A stretch of DNA of 64,000 nt. Source: Orbicella franksi (lineage: Eukaryota). The DNA lies in NCBI GenBank assembly GCA_964199315.1, contig OZ116707.1:1674001-1738000 (forward strand). Reading direction: 5' to 3'. The notes below the pieces were generated by a model. That model was not told where the DNA came from. It saw only the letters and a program-made list of their open reading frames with translations, and ran no database searches. The position numbers and the translations under genes are program-made. Shown in pieces: positions 62,081 through 64,000 of this stretch. Position 1 is the stretch's first letter, and each line of letters opens with the position of its first letter.

Positions 62081-64000
62081 GGGAACCCCATCAGAGAAAT
62101 ATTTCTGTCAGTCTTAAACATCAAATCTGTACATTAGGTTGTTCACGTTTGATACTATAGAAACGTCTGTCTCGTCATTACTCAAACTTGGAACGGAATC
62201 CATCGTCTTTGTATTTCATAAATTGATAAATGACTTCTGAGCACATTTCAGCCCTTTATATAACAATTGTGCAAAGTTCAGGGAGCTTTTGGAAAATTCA
62301 TTCTTGTGACAATTACTCTCCTCAACTGTGTCGAAGTTTTCACAACTCACATAACCGAATCTATTTACACAGTGAGGACAAAAATGGGATTGACGGGGTG
62401 AGGGGTTGGGTTTGAGGTGGGGGTGCGACAAAAGTGTTGCCATTATTAACTGTAACTGGCTAAATTGAGCAAAATTTTCCCTTGTTTCTCAAGCTACCCG
62501 ATTGTTCAGATTAATGTTCGTTTGCCTTGGAGGATTTGTAGTGAAGTCAGGTCACAAACATTCTGTGACCCCTGAATTTAGTAAGGTGTGACAGGTCATG
62601 GCCGTGACTGAGATTTTTTGCCTCGATATGAACTCTGGGCATCGGATCAATTACATTTGAGGAATTTTAGGTGAAGTTTGGGTATGAGGGGTGTTCTCTC
62701 TACGTCACTGTCTCGAGGCCATTCTTGGGACGCTTGGGTCGGTGCCAAGGTCTGAGGCAAGGGCTACTGCATTTGCATACCATGCCTTAAACATGGTGTC
62801 AGCATTGTTTCTCATTTGCCTCTTTTTCTGTCTCTGCTATGACGTTGTACACTTTGATGATGTCATTAGACTTCTTTTATTGAGAAGCAGAGGTTTAACC
62901 TGGTTATGAACTTTTTACATTTAAGATTGACTGTATTTATTTAATATTTTTACAAGTTTTTGACATTAGCTGTTTTGATTTAGGGGGTTCGATTGAACCC
63001 CCCGAACTCCCCATATATCTGCCACAGAATATATTAAGTAAATGGTCAGGTATATCAGTGTACATGTATATTTATCACCATCCACTCAACCTTCTCACTG
63101 TGCATTCCACCATAACACCAATAGGCTTGATATAGTGCATATCAAATAGAATATTCACATTTAATTTCATCTTGTATTTTTTGGTGGGTTTTGTGTTCAG
63201 TCAGCGCAAAACCCACCAAATCGCTCAAATTCACCATTTTGAGCCGCAGAAATGACAATACACAACAACTGAGGTAGGTTTACGTTTATTTTGAGCTTTA
63301 ACATAGATATTACTCAATAAACGTTTACGATATTAAGATGGTTGTATGGGTTCCCTGTGTCATATGTTGAAACAAAACACTCCAGTATTTGCCAGCAAGT
63401 TAAATACAGCAGGAAATATCTAGAGGCCACTTACCAGAGAGTGGGGCATCAGAGAGATTGTTTGCAGTATTTAAAACATTTTGCTAGATAGGTATCAATC
63501 TATAATCAGCTAAACGACGCTAGAAACAAAAACCTGCTTTCCACTTTCTTTACTTTATAAATGCATTTGATTTCGTTTCAGTCGCAAATCATAATTCAAG
63601 TAACTGATAACATAATTGGTAAAAACGTTCAGTCCTAGAGACACAATTGCTAAAGTGAGCCTGCTATCAATGTTGTTCCAGCTGTTGTTTTTATTGTTTT
63701 AAGAACAAGCAATATTGTAACACACCATGCTGTCGTACTTGTGCATCCATTTGTCACATGGTTCTAATTTTTTTCCTCCTTCAGTTATCTTACAACTTAG
63801 CCACCAGTACACACAATTCATACCCATTGTAAGAACTTTAATCTTGAACGCATACTTTTGAGAATGGCATGGTGCTCTTTGCTGCATAGTTCACAATCCC
63901 AGTTCATTCAAAAAACTTTCAGAGATTGGTACAGCTCGCCTTTCTGTTGATACAATTTAAAGAAAAAACAATAGTTATGATTTCTAATCAATTCAAATTA

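Overview
Eukaryotic, AT-rich animal DNA dominated by decayed transposable elements. The repeat families suggest a stony coral or related cnidarian (inference). There are no prokaryotic operons, rRNA, true tRNA or CRISPR. In order: (1) unidentified degraded coding relic and MITE, 1-2.65 kb; (2) 5'-truncated DIRS1-like tyrosine-recombinase retrotransposon (gag end, RT, RNase H, methyltransferase, YR, ICR/ITR hairpin), 2.7-6.3 kb; (3) a TE-poor stretch, about 6.5-27 kb, holding a minus-strand multi-exon RING-H2 E3 ligase gene (RING exons 15.4-16.3 kb), a tRNA-SINE, MITEs and two three-copy tandem arrays (3x370 and 3x275 bp); (4) a nested pile at 27.5-32.2 kb: an intron-containing CxC/KDZ transposase fused in frame to a Gypsy LTR-PBS-gag start, which sits in a Sola transposase, which sits in a SAP-domain element; (5) a TTAA-flanked Kolobok-like element; (6) a 3.05-kb Merlin element with a perfect 8-bp TSD, two nested TIR pairs and a divergent second gene (zinc knuckle, coiled coil, CCDC106-like domain), the most novel-looking object here; (7) a near-intact DD35D pogo/Passer transposon; (8) a Gypsy element with a -1 frameshift signal, long Pol N-extension, chromodomain and downstream SGNH-hydrolase ORF, interrupted by a CORE-type SINE; (9) a CR1/L2-type LINE 3' part; (10) a second Gypsy (pol plus 3' LTR); (11) a second degraded Sola relic with a MITE. 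All domain calls come from reading motifs by eye, not from database searches.
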